DNA of 64,000 bases from Bacteroidota bacterium (GTDB taxonomy: Bacteria; Bacteroidota; Rhodothermia; Rhodothermales; UBA10348): contig JAJCYQ010000049.1 in assembly GCA_029262835.1 (NCBI GenBank), forward strand, positions 16,793 to 80,792, written 5' to 3'. Below the pieces are notes generated by a model. The model saw only the letters and a list, made by a program, of their open reading frames with translations, ran no database searches and was not told the origin of the DNA. How positions within the stretch are numbered: the stretch's first letter is position 1; the number at the start of each line of letters is the position of its first letter. This document shows, in pieces, positions 21,829 through 32,386 of this stretch. A program made the translations under genes and the position numbers.

Positions 21829-22291
21829 CGAGATAGCGGTTTTCGAGATGCGTCATGAGGCGCTCACCTTCCGCCGTCTGGTCGTCGTGCCCAGCCAGGT
21901 GCAACACGCCATGCACGACGTACCGTAGCACTTCATCGTCATAGGACGAACCAAATTCCTCGTGGCGCTCGGCTGCCGTCTCCATATCGACATAGACCTC
22001 TCCTTCGAGGCCCTGGTCGGATGTATCGATAACGAAGGAGAGCACATCCGTGTCGTAGTCGTGCTTGAGCCACGTCCTGTTGAGTTCCGTTACCGTCCTG
22101 TGCCCTGCCAGGATAATGCCTACGTGAGACCAGGCAATGTCTTCCCCGGTCAGCACGCGGCGGGCAATCCGCTCCACTTCCTCCGTGAGTCGTTCACTGA
22201 CGGTGGCGTCATCATTGTCACAGACGACTTCAATAATCCCGCGCTCAGCCAAGATCGCCAAACAGGTCTTCGGTGACCGACAGCGCCACAC
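21770..22291 (-). CDS. ybeY: rRNA maturation RNase YbeY
   Basis: HGVLHLAGHDD zinc motif plus DVLSF. The start is uncertain (GTG 22291 or downstream TTG). The 3' tail overlaps the metF 3' end by 59 nt. Confidence 0.85.
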   Translation of the reverse strand: MWRCRSPKTCLAILAERGIIEVVCDNDDATVSERLTEEVERIARRVLTGEDIAWSHVGIILAGHRTVTELNRTWLKHDYDTDVLSFVIDTSDQGLEGEVYVDMETAAERHEEFGSSYDDEVLRYVVHGVLHLAGHDDQTAEGERLMTHLENRYLVTPSCEAARRAASRAPASE

Positions 22292-22688
22292 TGCTCATGA
22301 TGAGTTCGGGAGGCAGTTGGGTAAAGTCCGTAGAGAGGAGGGCGGTATCCACATTGGCATAGAGGGAGCACCCTGCCTCCCGTTCCACGACAAGGCCATT
22401 TGCCGTATTGCCACTGCGGGCCACAAATATGACCTCACCCAGCTCCTTGCTGGCCTTGAAGCCGGTACAGCCCTGGATCTGGAGGAACGAGCTGACCGCA
22501 TATACACTGACGAGGCTTGTCACATCGCCGGCAGGCAGGCTCATTTCCGTGTGGATCTCAAGCGTGATCTTCCGGCCGCTCGCTTCATCGGAGAGTTCGA
22601 AGCGTGCATAGTGGGGGCCGCGCTTGGCCGTCGTGCCCAGTACATCCTCTACACGTTGGATGTCCGATTCTGTGAAAATGTACGCCAT
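22245..22688 (-). CDS. hypothetical protein
   Basis: The ORF has protein-like composition. ATG 22688 (MAYIFTESDIQ) is preferred over 22757. No family recognised. Confidence 0.5.
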   Translation of the reverse strand: MAYIFTESDIQRVEDVLGTTAKRGPHYARFELSDEASGRKITLEIHTEMSLPAGDVTSLVSVYAVSSFLQIQGCTGFKASKELGEVIFVARSGNTANGLVVEREAGCSLYANVDTALLSTDFTQLPPELIMSSVALSVTEDLFGDLG

Positions 22689-22826
22689 GAAAAGTAGACC
22701 CGGTTGGGAACGGGATATGGTGATGCCGTGCCGGAAAGATACCTGCCGCCCCTGCAACTTACAAAGGAGCCGGACCCGTGCGACCCGGACAGCCGTATGG
22801 TACGTTCAACAAATCGGATGTTGCAC

Positions 22827-23219
22827 ATGGAGCATGAGAAGACCATCAAATTCTGGGGCACGGCGGCCGGTATACTCGGCGCTCTTTCCGTCGCACTGGG
22901 CGCGTTCGCGTCCCATTCATTGGCAGACGTTCTTGCGCCGGATCGCCTGGCGACGTTCCAGACCGGCATTTCCTATATGCAGTTTCACGTCGTCGCCATC
23001 TTTCTGGCCGTGATGCTGATGTGGCAGGCCGGCTCCCATCTGTGGCTACGCCGTGCGGCCGCCCTGCATGCAGTTGGGATCGTGCTCTTTACTGGCAGCC
23101 TGACGATTCTCTCGACGACGGGAATCACCTGGCTCGGGGCCGTAGCGCCGCTCGGAGGCCTGGCATTCATTGCTGGTTGGCTCTCACTCGCCATTCATTT
23201 CCGGGAGCGTCAGCCCTGA
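22827..23219 (+). CDS. DUF423-like small membrane protein
   Basis: 4 TM helices with GALSVALGAFASH and GIVLFTGSL patterns. The start is ATG 22818 or 22827. Confidence 0.7.
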   Translation: MEHEKTIKFWGTAAGILGALSVALGAFASHSLADVLAPDRLATFQTGISYMQFHVVAIFLAVMLMWQAGSHLWLRRAAALHAVGIVLFTGSLTILSTTGITWLGAVAPLGGLAFIAGWLSLAIHFRERQP

Positions 23220-23223
23220 CAGG

Positions 23224-23598
23224 CTATCCCACCTCGTCTTCTTCGAACAGAAGTGTAATGCTGGGCAGTAGATTGTGCTCTTCGGCCAGATCCAGAAGCA
23301 CTTTGGATATTTCATCTGCATGGTCATACGTGCCCAGTTCCCGGCTGTCGACGGCAAGAGCATAGCCTATGTCATCGGCCGATCCGGGCTCGTACTCTTC
23401 CCACTCGGTGGCTTCCTCGAGTACGAACAGCCCATCTTCCGGCGCAAATGAAGCGACGTATTTCTCGCGCCCGGCCTTTTCGTCGACAAGGCTGAGGTTA
23501 CCCAGGGCGTCGTATTCTTCGTCGTAGAAGAGCGTCTCGGCAATGAGACGCATGGTAAAGGTATTGAGATTGAACGTGGCCATGGGTGGTGCTGTCAT
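23224..23598 (-). CDS. hypothetical acidic protein
   Basis: 124 aa, rich in Asp/Glu. Its ATG overlaps the lipB stop (ATGA). No family recognised. Confidence 0.5.
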   Translation of the reverse strand: MTAPPMATFNLNTFTMRLIAETLFYDEEYDALGNLSLVDEKAGREKYVASFAPEDGLFVLEEATEWEEYEPGSADDIGYALAVDSRELGTYDHADEISKVLLDLAEEHNLLPSITLLFEEDEVG

Positions 23599-24359
23599 GA
23601 AGTGGGACTCGCGTCAAGATACGCCGAAAGGTAGGACTGCGCATCTGAACCATCGAGAATAAGAAGACGGGATGCAAATACGCGGGCCATGTGCTCGGCC
23701 ACGAGGTCCATGACGCGTTGCATGGATACGTCTGGTCCCACCCCTTCCTGTACCAGCGATGTGACCCCCCGATCGGCAATACCGCATGGTACAATCATGT
23801 CAAAATGCCGCGGATCGGTATCGACATTCAGCGCAAATCCGTGCATGGTGACCCACCGACTGCATCGGATTCCCATGGCGCATATTTTTCGTTCCTGGCC
23901 AGGCGGCGTGGTGACCCACACGCCGGTTCGCCCGTCCACGCGGCTGGTCGCCAGGCCCAGGGCCGCGCACACGCCGATAATGACCTCCTCCAGATCCCTG
24001 AGATACCGATGGATGTCCGTGTAATAGCGGTCCAGATCCAGTATGGGGTATCCCACCAGTTGGCCCGGCCCATGGTACGTGATATCCCCTCCGCGGTCAA
24101 TCTGGACAAACTCGGCGCCCGCTGATGCAAGCTCCGTGTCGGTTGCGAGGAGGTGGGACCGGTCGCCGCTCTTTCCAAGCGTAAATACGGGGGGATGCTC
24201 GAGCAGCAGCATGACATGGTCGAGCAGCTGCGGCTCGTCACTCCGCTTGTTGGCGACCAGGCGGGCCTGCAGCCGTTTCTGGAGGTCCCAGGCCTCGGCA
24301 TACGCCACGCGGCCCAGTCGGCAGACCGTGATCTGGTTCGATGTGGGGCGGTCCGTCAA
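23595..24359 (-). CDS. lipB: lipoyl(octanoyl) transferase
   Basis: 254 aa with HPPVFTLGKSG, RGGDITYHGPGQLV, KICAMGI and GFALNV motifs. Confidence 0.92.
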   Translation of the reverse strand: MTDRPTSNQITVCRLGRVAYAEAWDLQKRLQARLVANKRSDEPQLLDHVMLLLEHPPVFTLGKSGDRSHLLATDTELASAGAEFVQIDRGGDITYHGPGQLVGYPILDLDRYYTDIHRYLRDLEEVIIGVCAALGLATSRVDGRTGVWVTTPPGQERKICAMGIRCSRWVTMHGFALNVDTDPRHFDMIVPCGIADRGVTSLVQEGVGPDVSMQRVMDLVAEHMARVFASRLLILDGSDAQSYLSAYLDASPTS

Positions 24360-24375
24360 AGGAGCCTGACTTCGG

Positions 24376-27300
24376 TTAATTGGAGATACTCACGCGGATG
24401 TTGAACGCGCCGTTGATGTTGACGGACGACGGTTGTCGCGAATCTTCCGAGTCGAATTTTTCATACTTGAGCGTGAAGTCGGCCGATACCCGGTTCGAGA
24501 ATTGATAGGCAACTTTCGGTGTGACTGTGGTGCGCGTGTGGGCCGTGACAAGGGAGATGTTGTCTCCCTCGAGCGCATTGGCGGGGACAAAATCTGGATC
24601 ATTCAGTGCCTGCTCCAATGCCCGGCGCAGGCGCAGGCGTTCGTCGGATGTGTTGCTCCTGGATATGGTCAGGTTCAGCGAAAGTCGGTTTTCAAGTCGC
24701 TTCCCACTCATGAAGGGTAGCTTCAGGCCCGTTTTCTGATAGCCGAACGTCATGCTGAGCTCATTCGTCTGGCTTTCACTCACCTCAAAGTTGGCCGTGG
24801 AGAGCGAAAACGCATTGCTCTGGTTCCAGTTGATGGTCGTCTGGATCTGGCGCTTCCAGGACAGATCGAGGCCGACGAGGGGCGAGAACCGCTCATTTAC
24901 GCGGATATTGCCCGCCTGGAAGGGTTCTACACGCGACTGGATACGCCGTCCACCGAGATCGATGGTGTTGAGTGTGTCATTGCTCGTAAAGGACGTGTTT
25001 GTCCGGAAGTCCGACGAATAATCGGCACTGTACCCGTGCCGAACGGACGCATTCTGGACCAGCCGGCGCAGGACGGGAAACTTGCCAAGGCCTGAATACG
25101 AGACGGTCCAACTGGGCCTCGGGAAGGGGACCAGGTTTTTGTCATCGACCGTTCCCTGGTTCCGGATATAGGCCGTCCGGAAATCCTGCACTACGGACGC
25201 GTTGGTGAGCACGACGCGGCCGTCCCCGTTGGCATCGGGAACGAGCACAGGGTCTTCCTCTCCTGTGGCCGCGAGATCCTCCGAGAAGGTCTGAAGCTGG
25301 GCGTTGAAGAGGTCCAGGTAGTCCGACCCGAACGCCCAGACAGACGCCTTGTTGGTGCCCTGTTCTGTGAGCGTCGTATCGACCCCGAGAAATGCCTGCG
25401 TCACGTTGTCCAGCTGGGGCTGGAACGTGAAGGTCTCTCCGTTCTGGAATTCGAGATTCCAGTTCAGGTTGATGGTCAGCGCCTGGGATGGGTTCAGTGT
25501 TGTGCGCCCCTGGAAACGGTCGTTGTCCGTCAACTGATCCGAGACCTGGAGCGAGGGGTCAATGAGCCGCTGCGAAATGTCTATCTGGCGCTCGAGTCCA
25601 AACCGGTACCCGAGCGATGGGCCATTTCCGCGCAGTGCATCGAAAAATCCATACTTCGCGGACACATCGACCACATTCCCGTTTTCGTCGAGCACGGGCG
25701 TTCCCACGTTGGACGACTGGGAGGACCGTGTCCCGGTGTAGGAGACATTGAAATCACGCACGCCCGTCACGGCCAGCACGGTGCGCCGGGCAACCGATTT
25801 GGCGCGGTCACTCAGGCCGAGATCGTTTTCTTCTTCCTCGGAGGCCGCTCGTTCGGCTGCCGGAGGCGGACGCTCGTCCGTGTCTGCGGCGGGCCTGTCG
25901 CCATTCTCGGCCGTCTTGCGGCGTTCCCGTTCCCGCTCTTTTCGCGTACGTTCTGCCTGGCGGGCACTGACGTATTCCTTCTGGGCTTTTTCCAGATTCT
26001 CGTAGTACGAAATCTTGCGGAACAGCTCTTGGAAGCGCAGCGAGACGCCGCTGCGGGCCGTGACAGAGTTCCGGATGGATGCACCCGTGTTGCGCCCAAC
26101 CGCACCGTTCTGCCAGTCGTACTGCGCACCATAGCTGATATCCTGGAGTTGGAGCCAGTTGAGGAACCGAATCCGCTGAAGACGCGGCCGGAAACTGGCG
26201 GTAACCTGCTGGCTGTGGCGCTCCGTTCGCGGCGAAATGGAGCCCGACACGAAATCGCCCACGACACTCGTTCCGCTGAGGGTTTGAAGGCTTGTTGTTT
26301 CGAAGGCGGACAGCGCCTGCGTGGAGTCGATCAGGCCCGAGGCCAGGGCATCTTCAAGGCGTACACCGCGGAACGTGGTGTCGGAGAGAACAACGCTGAA
26401 TGTCGTATCGACGCCGGCCGCATTCAGGTTCTGATCGGTCGACTGGTCGAAGGTGAAGTTCAGGAACGTGAACGGGTTGTACTGGAAGCCGAAATCCCGC
26501 TTGGTCGTGAAGGTGTGGTTTTCGCGGACGGGGAATCGCACATCGACCGGGGTGCTGACCGTGTCGGACGGCGAAAGGCGGGGTCGCTCCCGGCTCTGTG
26601 TGAACGAGCGCGAGAAGGAGGCCGATGTCGTGATGTTGGACGGTAGGTAGTTCAGGTCCAGATTGCCCAGCACACCGAGCACGGGTATGGGATCCAGGAA
26701 AAAGAGGGGACGGACCGTCTTCACTTTCCGTGTAGCAAACCGGTAGGACGTGGACTGGGACCACCGCCACGAATCGTTGACGGACTGCGTGGGGCTGCGC
26801 CCATCGGAACGGGCCTGCGAGAGCGAGAGCGTCAGGCCGTCGATGGTATTGCGCAGGAGACGCGAGCGGGAATTCGACTTGCTGAGCCGCGTGGAGAGCG
26901 ACCGGTTGAAGGTGTGTGTCTGCGCCGACTCGAGCGCATTCGTCTTGAGGGCATCCCGTTCTTCAGGGGACAGATCATCGCGCCCGTCGATCTGGCTGAT
27001 GATTTCGTCGAGCCGCACGTCGCCGCGCGTTGGGGAGAAACGCGGCGTGGCCGTGTTTGACTGGACCTGTACGTTGACGGGTAATTGCCATCCGAATCGG
27101 TCAGGGATGAGCTTGTTGGCATTCAGTTCGGTCGTTACGCTCCAGTTGTCGACATCCGTCTGATCACGCTCGCCCAGGCTCGATGACAGACCACCGAAGC
27201 CGTCCGTCTGCCTGTTGATATTGGCCTTGACACGGCCCACGTCGGCCAGTTTGATATCGGCTGTAGCCAATCCAGCCCAACCGTTCGTTTCGTCATATCC

Positions 27301-30300
27301 GGCGACCCGGAGTTCATTGACCCAGATCGTGACATCCTGAAGGATGTCTTCGAAGGCGGTGCTGGTCGAGTCGGCCGGGTTTCGGATGCCGATCACGATG
27401 GTATTTACCTTTCCGAGTGAGGGCGTCCCCTTTATGCCGAGTCGCGTGCCGGGTGGGGCGAACAGAGACGCGTCAGGCACGGCCGAGGAACGAAGCGTAT
27501 CGTTGAGCACGTTGTAGAACACGCTGTCGAGTGGGAAAGCGGCGTCGTCACGGGCCACCTTGAGCTGGTTGAGGGCACCAAGTTCAATGTTCATGGATCC
27601 GAGATCCTGAATCATGTCCTGGAAATCCGTGCTTGTCTGCCAGAGCACTTCCGGCGACCCGGCCGTTTCTGAACTCGGGGTCAGCGGCTGTTCGTACTCG
27701 TAGTAGTCATTCGACTCATTGGCACCGATGCGGACAAACAGGCGGGCCTTGGATCGGGCCTCTTCAATGGGCAGCGTGGACAGATCGCGGCCATCGGCCA
27801 AGAGGCCGTGCGCATGTACGAACATACGCAGGTTAGAATACTTGAGCAGGTCCAGGTTGTTGGCCTGCGTTTTGAAAATGCCGCGCTGCGATCCCGGAAG
27901 CAGGTTCTCAGCGCGCAGGACGAGCGACTGCTCACGCGCATTCTGAGCAAGGCCAGACGCGAGCCGGGACTGACTGACCACGGCGCCAAGAGGGGGAGCG
28001 TAGATGTCGGCGTTTTCCTCATTGTTGATGCTGGAGACGGTGAGACGCGTTTCGCTGAACGTGGTATCGAACGGGGTGTCGTGCTCGAGCGTGATCCGAT
28101 CCGACTTCTGCCACTGGCTTCCTACGAGTTCAAGCGATGCCAGGCGCATGGTGACCGGCACTTCATGGCCTGTCGTCCAAATCCTCATGGATTCCATCTT
28201 CGTAAAGTCCCGAATGTCACCCACGCGACGGGTGAACTGCTGGACAGGTATACGGACCTGGAACCAGCCGGTACTGCCGCCATCCTCGCCCTTGATCTCG
28301 CCTACCACGAAGTCGTCGACGCGGGACGGAACGGCAAGGGAGTCGAGAGCGCGCCTGCTGAGAGGGATTTCGTACTGGAAGTAGCTGTCGTCCGTGTCGA
28401 CCGTAGAGTTTCTGTTCAGGTCCTCTGAGTCCGGAAAGCGGGAATTGCCGCGGCGGACAGACGTATTCGTGGCCAGTTTTGTCTGCGTTTCAAATGCATT
28501 GAGTTCGTGTCCAGCGAAATAATGCGTGAACCGCTGCTGGAACGTAGCCCGACCCGGAAAGAATTCCGGGTTGTCGTAATACTGGGAGTTGCCGAAATAG
28601 TGGTAGTCGTCGCCGGACGGGTCGGCCAAGGCCCGGGCCACCTCAGCGCGGTATCGGGGGTCGGGATCGCTCTGGTCGAGGGAGGCCAGAAAGTCGGAAA
28701 AATGCTCCTGCTCCGTAGCGAAATCAGGATAGTCCACCGGGTTCACCGAGGTCAGACCGTCGAGGCCAAGGTCTTCCGTACGGTTACTGCCGTCGTCCAG
28801 GTCGACCACGTTGTTCTGTGTACCCGTCGGGGAGCGACCCCATTCCTGGATACCGGTATCCGAGATCGTGGACGTGGAAAGACCGTCTTCATTGTTGAGC
28901 TGCCCGTCGGGCAGCACATCTTCGGATATTGTGCCGAGATCCAGGTAGAGTTTGGCATCCCGTCCGGGGTCGTTCGACGTATTTTCAGGAAAGGCCTGGA
29001 AAATGAACTCGACGAAATCAATGTTCTTCAGGCTGAAGTCCGTGAAGCCATCCGGAAGGCGCTGGACCATGCCGCCCCATGTGTCCTTCGGATTGTCCAG
29101 GAAGCGCCGGAGCTCCTGGGTATAATTGTACGGACCCCTGGTCAGAGGGTTGAAATACAGGTCGAAGGTCTCAAGTGTCGGATCAATTTCAGCCCGCGTG
29201 TCACGGTTCGGAAAGACTTCATCGATCCGGAAAATGCGAATGGCGTCGACATTCTGGGCAATGGCGGGCACCTCCCGAAGGATATTTGCATTGACACGAT
29301 ACCAACCGAAGGCGCCGCGCCATGCCGTTCGTAGCGAGTCATTCAGCTCGCTGCGCGTGACGCCGAAGCGGTCTACGACCCCGATGGAATCGGGCGCACT
29401 GGCCAGCGTCCAGGAGCCTGGCTGCGTCAAAGGGAACGTGTTCTCAAATCCCTCAAAGTCATCGATGTAGGAGGTGCCACTGAGTTCATCGCGTGCAAAA
29501 TCACGGCCCTGATCCCTCAGCTTGTCCCGCGTCCGATTGAATGCTACCGTTTCGGTATGACCGGGTCGAAGCTGGGCAAATTCGCCCGACAGGGAAATGG
29601 AGGACGGCTCCCGGGTCTGCAGGAGTGGAATACGGTCAATGGTCTGCGTCATCCAGCGCGGCTCGAGCCGAACGGCTCCGTCCACGCCCCAGATGGTATT
29701 CGAAATGGGCTCCTCGCCGATTCTGAACTTGTCGATCGGCGACTTTTCATTGAGCTTCATGACCGTTGAGCCGAGGGAGAGTTTTTCGCTGCGTTCGTAC
29801 TCGGCCCGAAGTCCCAGCAGTGTCTTTTTCTGGACATTGAAAAAGGAGTTCTGCTCGAATTCGATGTTGATGTCGCGACCGGCCGTCAGAAAGGCCGGGT
29901 TTACGACCTGGACAGAGCCCGTACCGGAGTAATCAGCGACGAAGTCGGTCCCTTCGGCGAGCGGCGTCCCGCCGCTTGTCACACGGATGGATCCCGGGAC
30001 AACGCCCGAAAAAGCTTTCAGGTCATAGAATGCCTTCACAGAGCCCTTGTATGACCCACGAATGGCGTAGATATTGTGCTGTGTGTCACGAAGGGCGTTA
30101 GCCTTCTTCTGGGTGTAGAGGTTCTCGTAGGCAAGCAGATCCGAAACCTGTGCTTTGGCGTCCGGTGATCCCGGGCCCGCCTGGATGACCTGGTTCAGGC
30201 GGCCAGCGAACGGTTCAAGAAAAGGGAAAATGAGGCGCCCTTCGCCCGGTAGAATGGTGTAATTGACCAGGAAGTCAAACTGGTCGTCGGGGGAGAGGGC

Positions 30301-32211
30301 CTCATTCTCATTGACGCGGTCCAGTCCCATGATCTGAAGGGCCGTCTGCGAGCCTCCCACTCCGGGCAATGTTTTTGATGCGACCTGGCCCGGGGGCTCA
30401 TAGAATACCTGCAGATCAAAATCTTCCGGCTGGATGCCGCTGCCTGGCAGGCGATATATGTTACGCATTTCCAGGTACCACGCGGCCGGATTGAACCCGG
30501 CATCCAGAGCTGGCTGACGCATCTGGACCGGCCGAAGCAGCTTGAGTACAATTTTGTCTTCGTTCTGCCCTCCGTCCGATCCTCCGGTGTCCGTGGCAAA
30601 ATCTCCAACGGCAAACGTTTGACCGGCTGCCCGGTAACGAAAGGAAACGGCCAGCGCCTCGCTCTCCTGTATGCGCTGGCGCAGCGAAATGTAGCCGAGA
30701 ACTTCGTCGATCGTGTAGTCCCTACCCTGCTGGAGGCGCTTGAACTTGCCGACCTGGAAGTCGGATGCGGACATCTGCTTGACGTTTTCCAGGTAGGAGG
30801 ATGGTGATGCATTGCCATCCCGGAATTCCGTGTCCACCTCTCCGCCCTGGCTGTAATCATACTGGTCCCTGTCGGCTGACGGCAGGAGGGCGGCCGTGAA
30901 CTGGTTGGCCTGCCCCAGGATTTCGCGCGGTTCGCCGAGGTCAACCACAGCCACAGCCTGCCGCACGTTTTCCTCTTCGGGCTGCGTTGGCATGAGTTTC
31001 CAGACCTCGACTTCCGTGATCCGTTCGAAATTATTGGCTACACGAATGTTGGGTGGATCGGAGAGTGCATCTTCCCAGCGGTTCCGGAAGTAATATCCGA
31101 GGAAGAAATGAATGGCCTCGTCATAATCGGTTGGTTGCAGGTCGAATTCCGTAGACTCGGATCCACCATCAATATCCAGACTGTTGGCCTGACCTTCCTG
31201 CTGTGACATGACGGTCGTCAGCCGCACACCACCGAGTTGGAGCTCACTCTTGATGCCGAAAAGGCTCTGCCCACCCCGGATGAGCGACGAGGAAGTCTGA
31301 AGGTTGACGTTACCTGCCTCAATGGACTGAATGATTTCGTCTTCGTACCCCGTGTACTCCAACCGCAGTTGGTTCTGGAAGTCGAACTGGTTGCTGGAGT
31401 CGTACTTGACGTTGATGCGGAGTTTGTCGCCGATCGTGCCGGTGATTCCGAGACTCAGGTCCTGCCGGAACTGTGGATCGAGTTGTGCCGACCGGCCGGT
31501 TACCGATACCTGTTGGTCATTCTTCAGGTAGTCGAATCCCGCCGCGATGTCTGCTGTACCGTTGACCCGGAGGTCTACTTCCGGCTTTCCGAATATCGTC
31601 GTGAAGGCGCTTTGCCGTCCACCCGGAACCACGACATTGATACCGACACCGCCCCTGTTCTGCCGCTGCCGCGCCCGCTCGCGTTCCACGATCAGGGTTT
31701 TCCAGTTCTGGTCAAGATCATACCCCAGACGCGCGTCCTGGTAGCGATCGAAATCCAGTTGCACAGGGAAACGCACTTCCGTTTCGCCTACCGACTCCTT
31801 CGGACGGTATACCAGCGCCGTGGAGTCAAATTCTATTTCATGCCGCCAGACGCGGCCCATGGGAACGAAAAAGGGCCGTGTATCGCGAGGGAAGACGGAC
31901 GAGGAGGGGGGCTCGCCCTGCCAGCGCCTGATATACTGCATGACGCGGCCCGAATCCGGAAAAACAATGACGATGGAGTCCGCAATCAGGCTGTCCGGAA
32001 TGGCGTCGGTCAACGAAACGTGGACCGAGTCCGTATCCGAGCGCGTGAAATGCATGGCTTCCGTGCGGAGCGTGGCCACGTAGCTGTTCGTGGAGGCCGC
32101 GCTGACGAGGACCATGGACACGACGAACAGGGCAAAAATGCCGATGAGCGTGTTACGCGTCAGGGTCAAACCACGACGGGAATAATTTTTACGTACGGGT
32201 GTATCGGGCAC
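24376..32211 (-). CDS. sprA: cell-surface protein SprA (type IX secretion system translocon)
   Basis: Single 2611-aa ORF with an N-terminal signal anchor and beta-rich composition throughout. Size and sequence pattern are typical of Bacteroidota SprA. A T9SS CTD cargo gene is present elsewhere in the window. Confidence 0.88.
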   Translation of the reverse strand: MPDTPVRKNYSRRGLTLTRNTLIGIFALFVVSMVLVSAASTNSYVATLRTEAMHFTRSDTDSVHVSLTDAIPDSLIADSIVIVFPDSGRVMQYIRRWQGEPPSSSVFPRDTRPFFVPMGRVWRHEIEFDSTALVYRPKESVGETEVRFPVQLDFDRYQDARLGYDLDQNWKTLIVERERARQRQNRGGVGINVVVPGGRQSAFTTIFGKPEVDLRVNGTADIAAGFDYLKNDQQVSVTGRSAQLDPQFRQDLSLGITGTIGDKLRINVKYDSSNQFDFQNQLRLEYTGYEDEIIQSIEAGNVNLQTSSSLIRGGQSLFGIKSELQLGGVRLTTVMSQQEGQANSLDIDGGSESTEFDLQPTDYDEAIHFFLGYYFRNRWEDALSDPPNIRVANNFERITEVEVWKLMPTQPEEENVRQAVAVVDLGEPREILGQANQFTAALLPSADRDQYDYSQGGEVDTEFRDGNASPSSYLENVKQMSASDFQVGKFKRLQQGRDYTIDEVLGYISLRQRIQESEALAVSFRYRAAGQTFAVGDFATDTGGSDGGQNEDKIVLKLLRPVQMRQPALDAGFNPAAWYLEMRNIYRLPGSGIQPEDFDLQVFYEPPGQVASKTLPGVGGSQTALQIMGLDRVNENEALSPDDQFDFLVNYTILPGEGRLIFPFLEPFAGRLNQVIQAGPGSPDAKAQVSDLLAYENLYTQKKANALRDTQHNIYAIRGSYKGSVKAFYDLKAFSGVVPGSIRVTSGGTPLAEGTDFVADYSGTGSVQVVNPAFLTAGRDINIEFEQNSFFNVQKKTLLGLRAEYERSEKLSLGSTVMKLNEKSPIDKFRIGEEPISNTIWGVDGAVRLEPRWMTQTIDRIPLLQTREPSSISLSGEFAQLRPGHTETVAFNRTRDKLRDQGRDFARDELSGTSYIDDFEGFENTFPLTQPGSWTLASAPDSIGVVDRFGVTRSELNDSLRTAWRGAFGWYRVNANILREVPAIAQNVDAIRIFRIDEVFPNRDTRAEIDPTLETFDLYFNPLTRGPYNYTQELRRFLDNPKDTWGGMVQRLPDGFTDFSLKNIDFVEFIFQAFPENTSNDPGRDAKLYLDLGTISEDVLPDGQLNNEDGLSTSTISDTGIQEWGRSPTGTQNNVVDLDDGSNRTEDLGLDGLTSVNPVDYPDFATEQEHFSDFLASLDQSDPDPRYRAEVARALADPSGDDYHYFGNSQYYDNPEFFPGRATFQQRFTHYFAGHELNAFETQTKLATNTSVRRGNSRFPDSEDLNRNSTVDTDDSYFQYEIPLSRRALDSLAVPSRVDDFVVGEIKGEDGGSTGWFQVRIPVQQFTRRVGDIRDFTKMESMRIWTTGHEVPVTMRLASLELVGSQWQKSDRITLEHDTPFDTTFSETRLTVSSINNEENADIYAPPLGAVVSQSRLASGLAQNAREQSLVLRAENLLPGSQRGIFKTQANNLDLLKYSNLRMFVHAHGLLADGRDLSTLPIEEARSKARLFVRIGANESNDYYEYEQPLTPSSETAGSPEVLWQTSTDFQDMIQDLGSMNIELGALNQLKVARDDAAFPLDSVFYNVLNDTLRSSAVPDASLFAPPGTRLGIKGTPSLGKVNTIVIGIRNPADSTSTAFEDILQDVTIWVNELRVAGYDETNGWAGLATADIKLADVGRVKANINRQTDGFGGLSSSLGERDQTDVDNWSVTTELNANKLIPDRFGWQLPVNVQVQSNTATPRFSPTRGDVRLDEIISQIDGRDDLSPEERDALKTNALESAQTHTFNRSLSTRLSKSNSRSRLLRNTIDGLTLSLSQARSDGRSPTQSVNDSWRWSQSTSYRFATRKVKTVRPLFFLDPIPVLGVLGNLDLNYLPSNITTSASFSRSFTQSRERPRLSPSDTVSTPVDVRFPVRENHTFTTKRDFGFQYNPFTFLNFTFDQSTDQNLNAAGVDTTFSVVLSDTTFRGVRLEDALASGLIDSTQALSAFETTSLQTLSGTSVVGDFVSGSISPRTERHSQQVTASFRPRLQRIRFLNWLQLQDISYGAQYDWQNGAVGRNTGASIRNSVTARSGVSLRFQELFRKISYYENLEKAQKEYVSARQAERTRKERERERRKTAENGDRPAADTDERPPPAAERAASEEEENDLGLSDRAKSVARRTVLAVTGVRDFNVSYTGTRSSQSSNVGTPVLDENGNVVDVSAKYGFFDALRGNGPSLGYRFGLERQIDISQRLIDPSLQVSDQLTDNDRFQGRTTLNPSQALTINLNWNLEFQNGETFTFQPQLDNVTQAFLGVDTTLTEQGTNKASVWAFGSDYLDLFNAQLQTFSEDLAATGEEDPVLVPDANGDGRVVLTNASVVQDFRTAYIRNQGTVDDKNLVPFPRPSWTVSYSGLGKFPVLRRLVQNASVRHGYSADYSSDFRTNTSFTSNDTLNTIDLGGRRIQSRVEPFQAGNIRVNERFSPLVGLDLSWKRQIQTTINWNQSNAFSLSTANFEVSESQTNELSMTFGYQKTGLKLPFMSGKRLENRLSLNLTISRSNTSDERLRLRRALEQALNDPDFVPANALEGDNISLVTAHTRTTVTPKVAYQFSNRVSADFTLKYEKFDSEDSRQPSSVNINGAFNIRVSISN

Positions 32212-32353
32212 GGAGCGTCTGGGCCGTACAATGCGTCGGCACGGCTTGGTGACTGGATTACTGATTCAGTGATCGTGGAAACAGTAGCTGATGGGTCGAT
32301 ACACGCGAAAGAATGGCTCGTAGGGAATCGGGTACACGGCACCAAAATATTTG

Positions 32354-32379
32354 TTCTGCACGAGACATGCAGTGCAGAA
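32354..32379 (-). terminator. candidate intrinsic terminator after the saccharopine-dehydrogenase-like gene
   Basis: 8-bp stem TTCTGCAC/GTGCAGAA with a 10-nt loop, 8 nt past the stop codon. On the minus-strand RNA it is followed by CAAAUAUUUUGG. Confidence 0.5.
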
Positions 32380-32386
32380 ACACATC

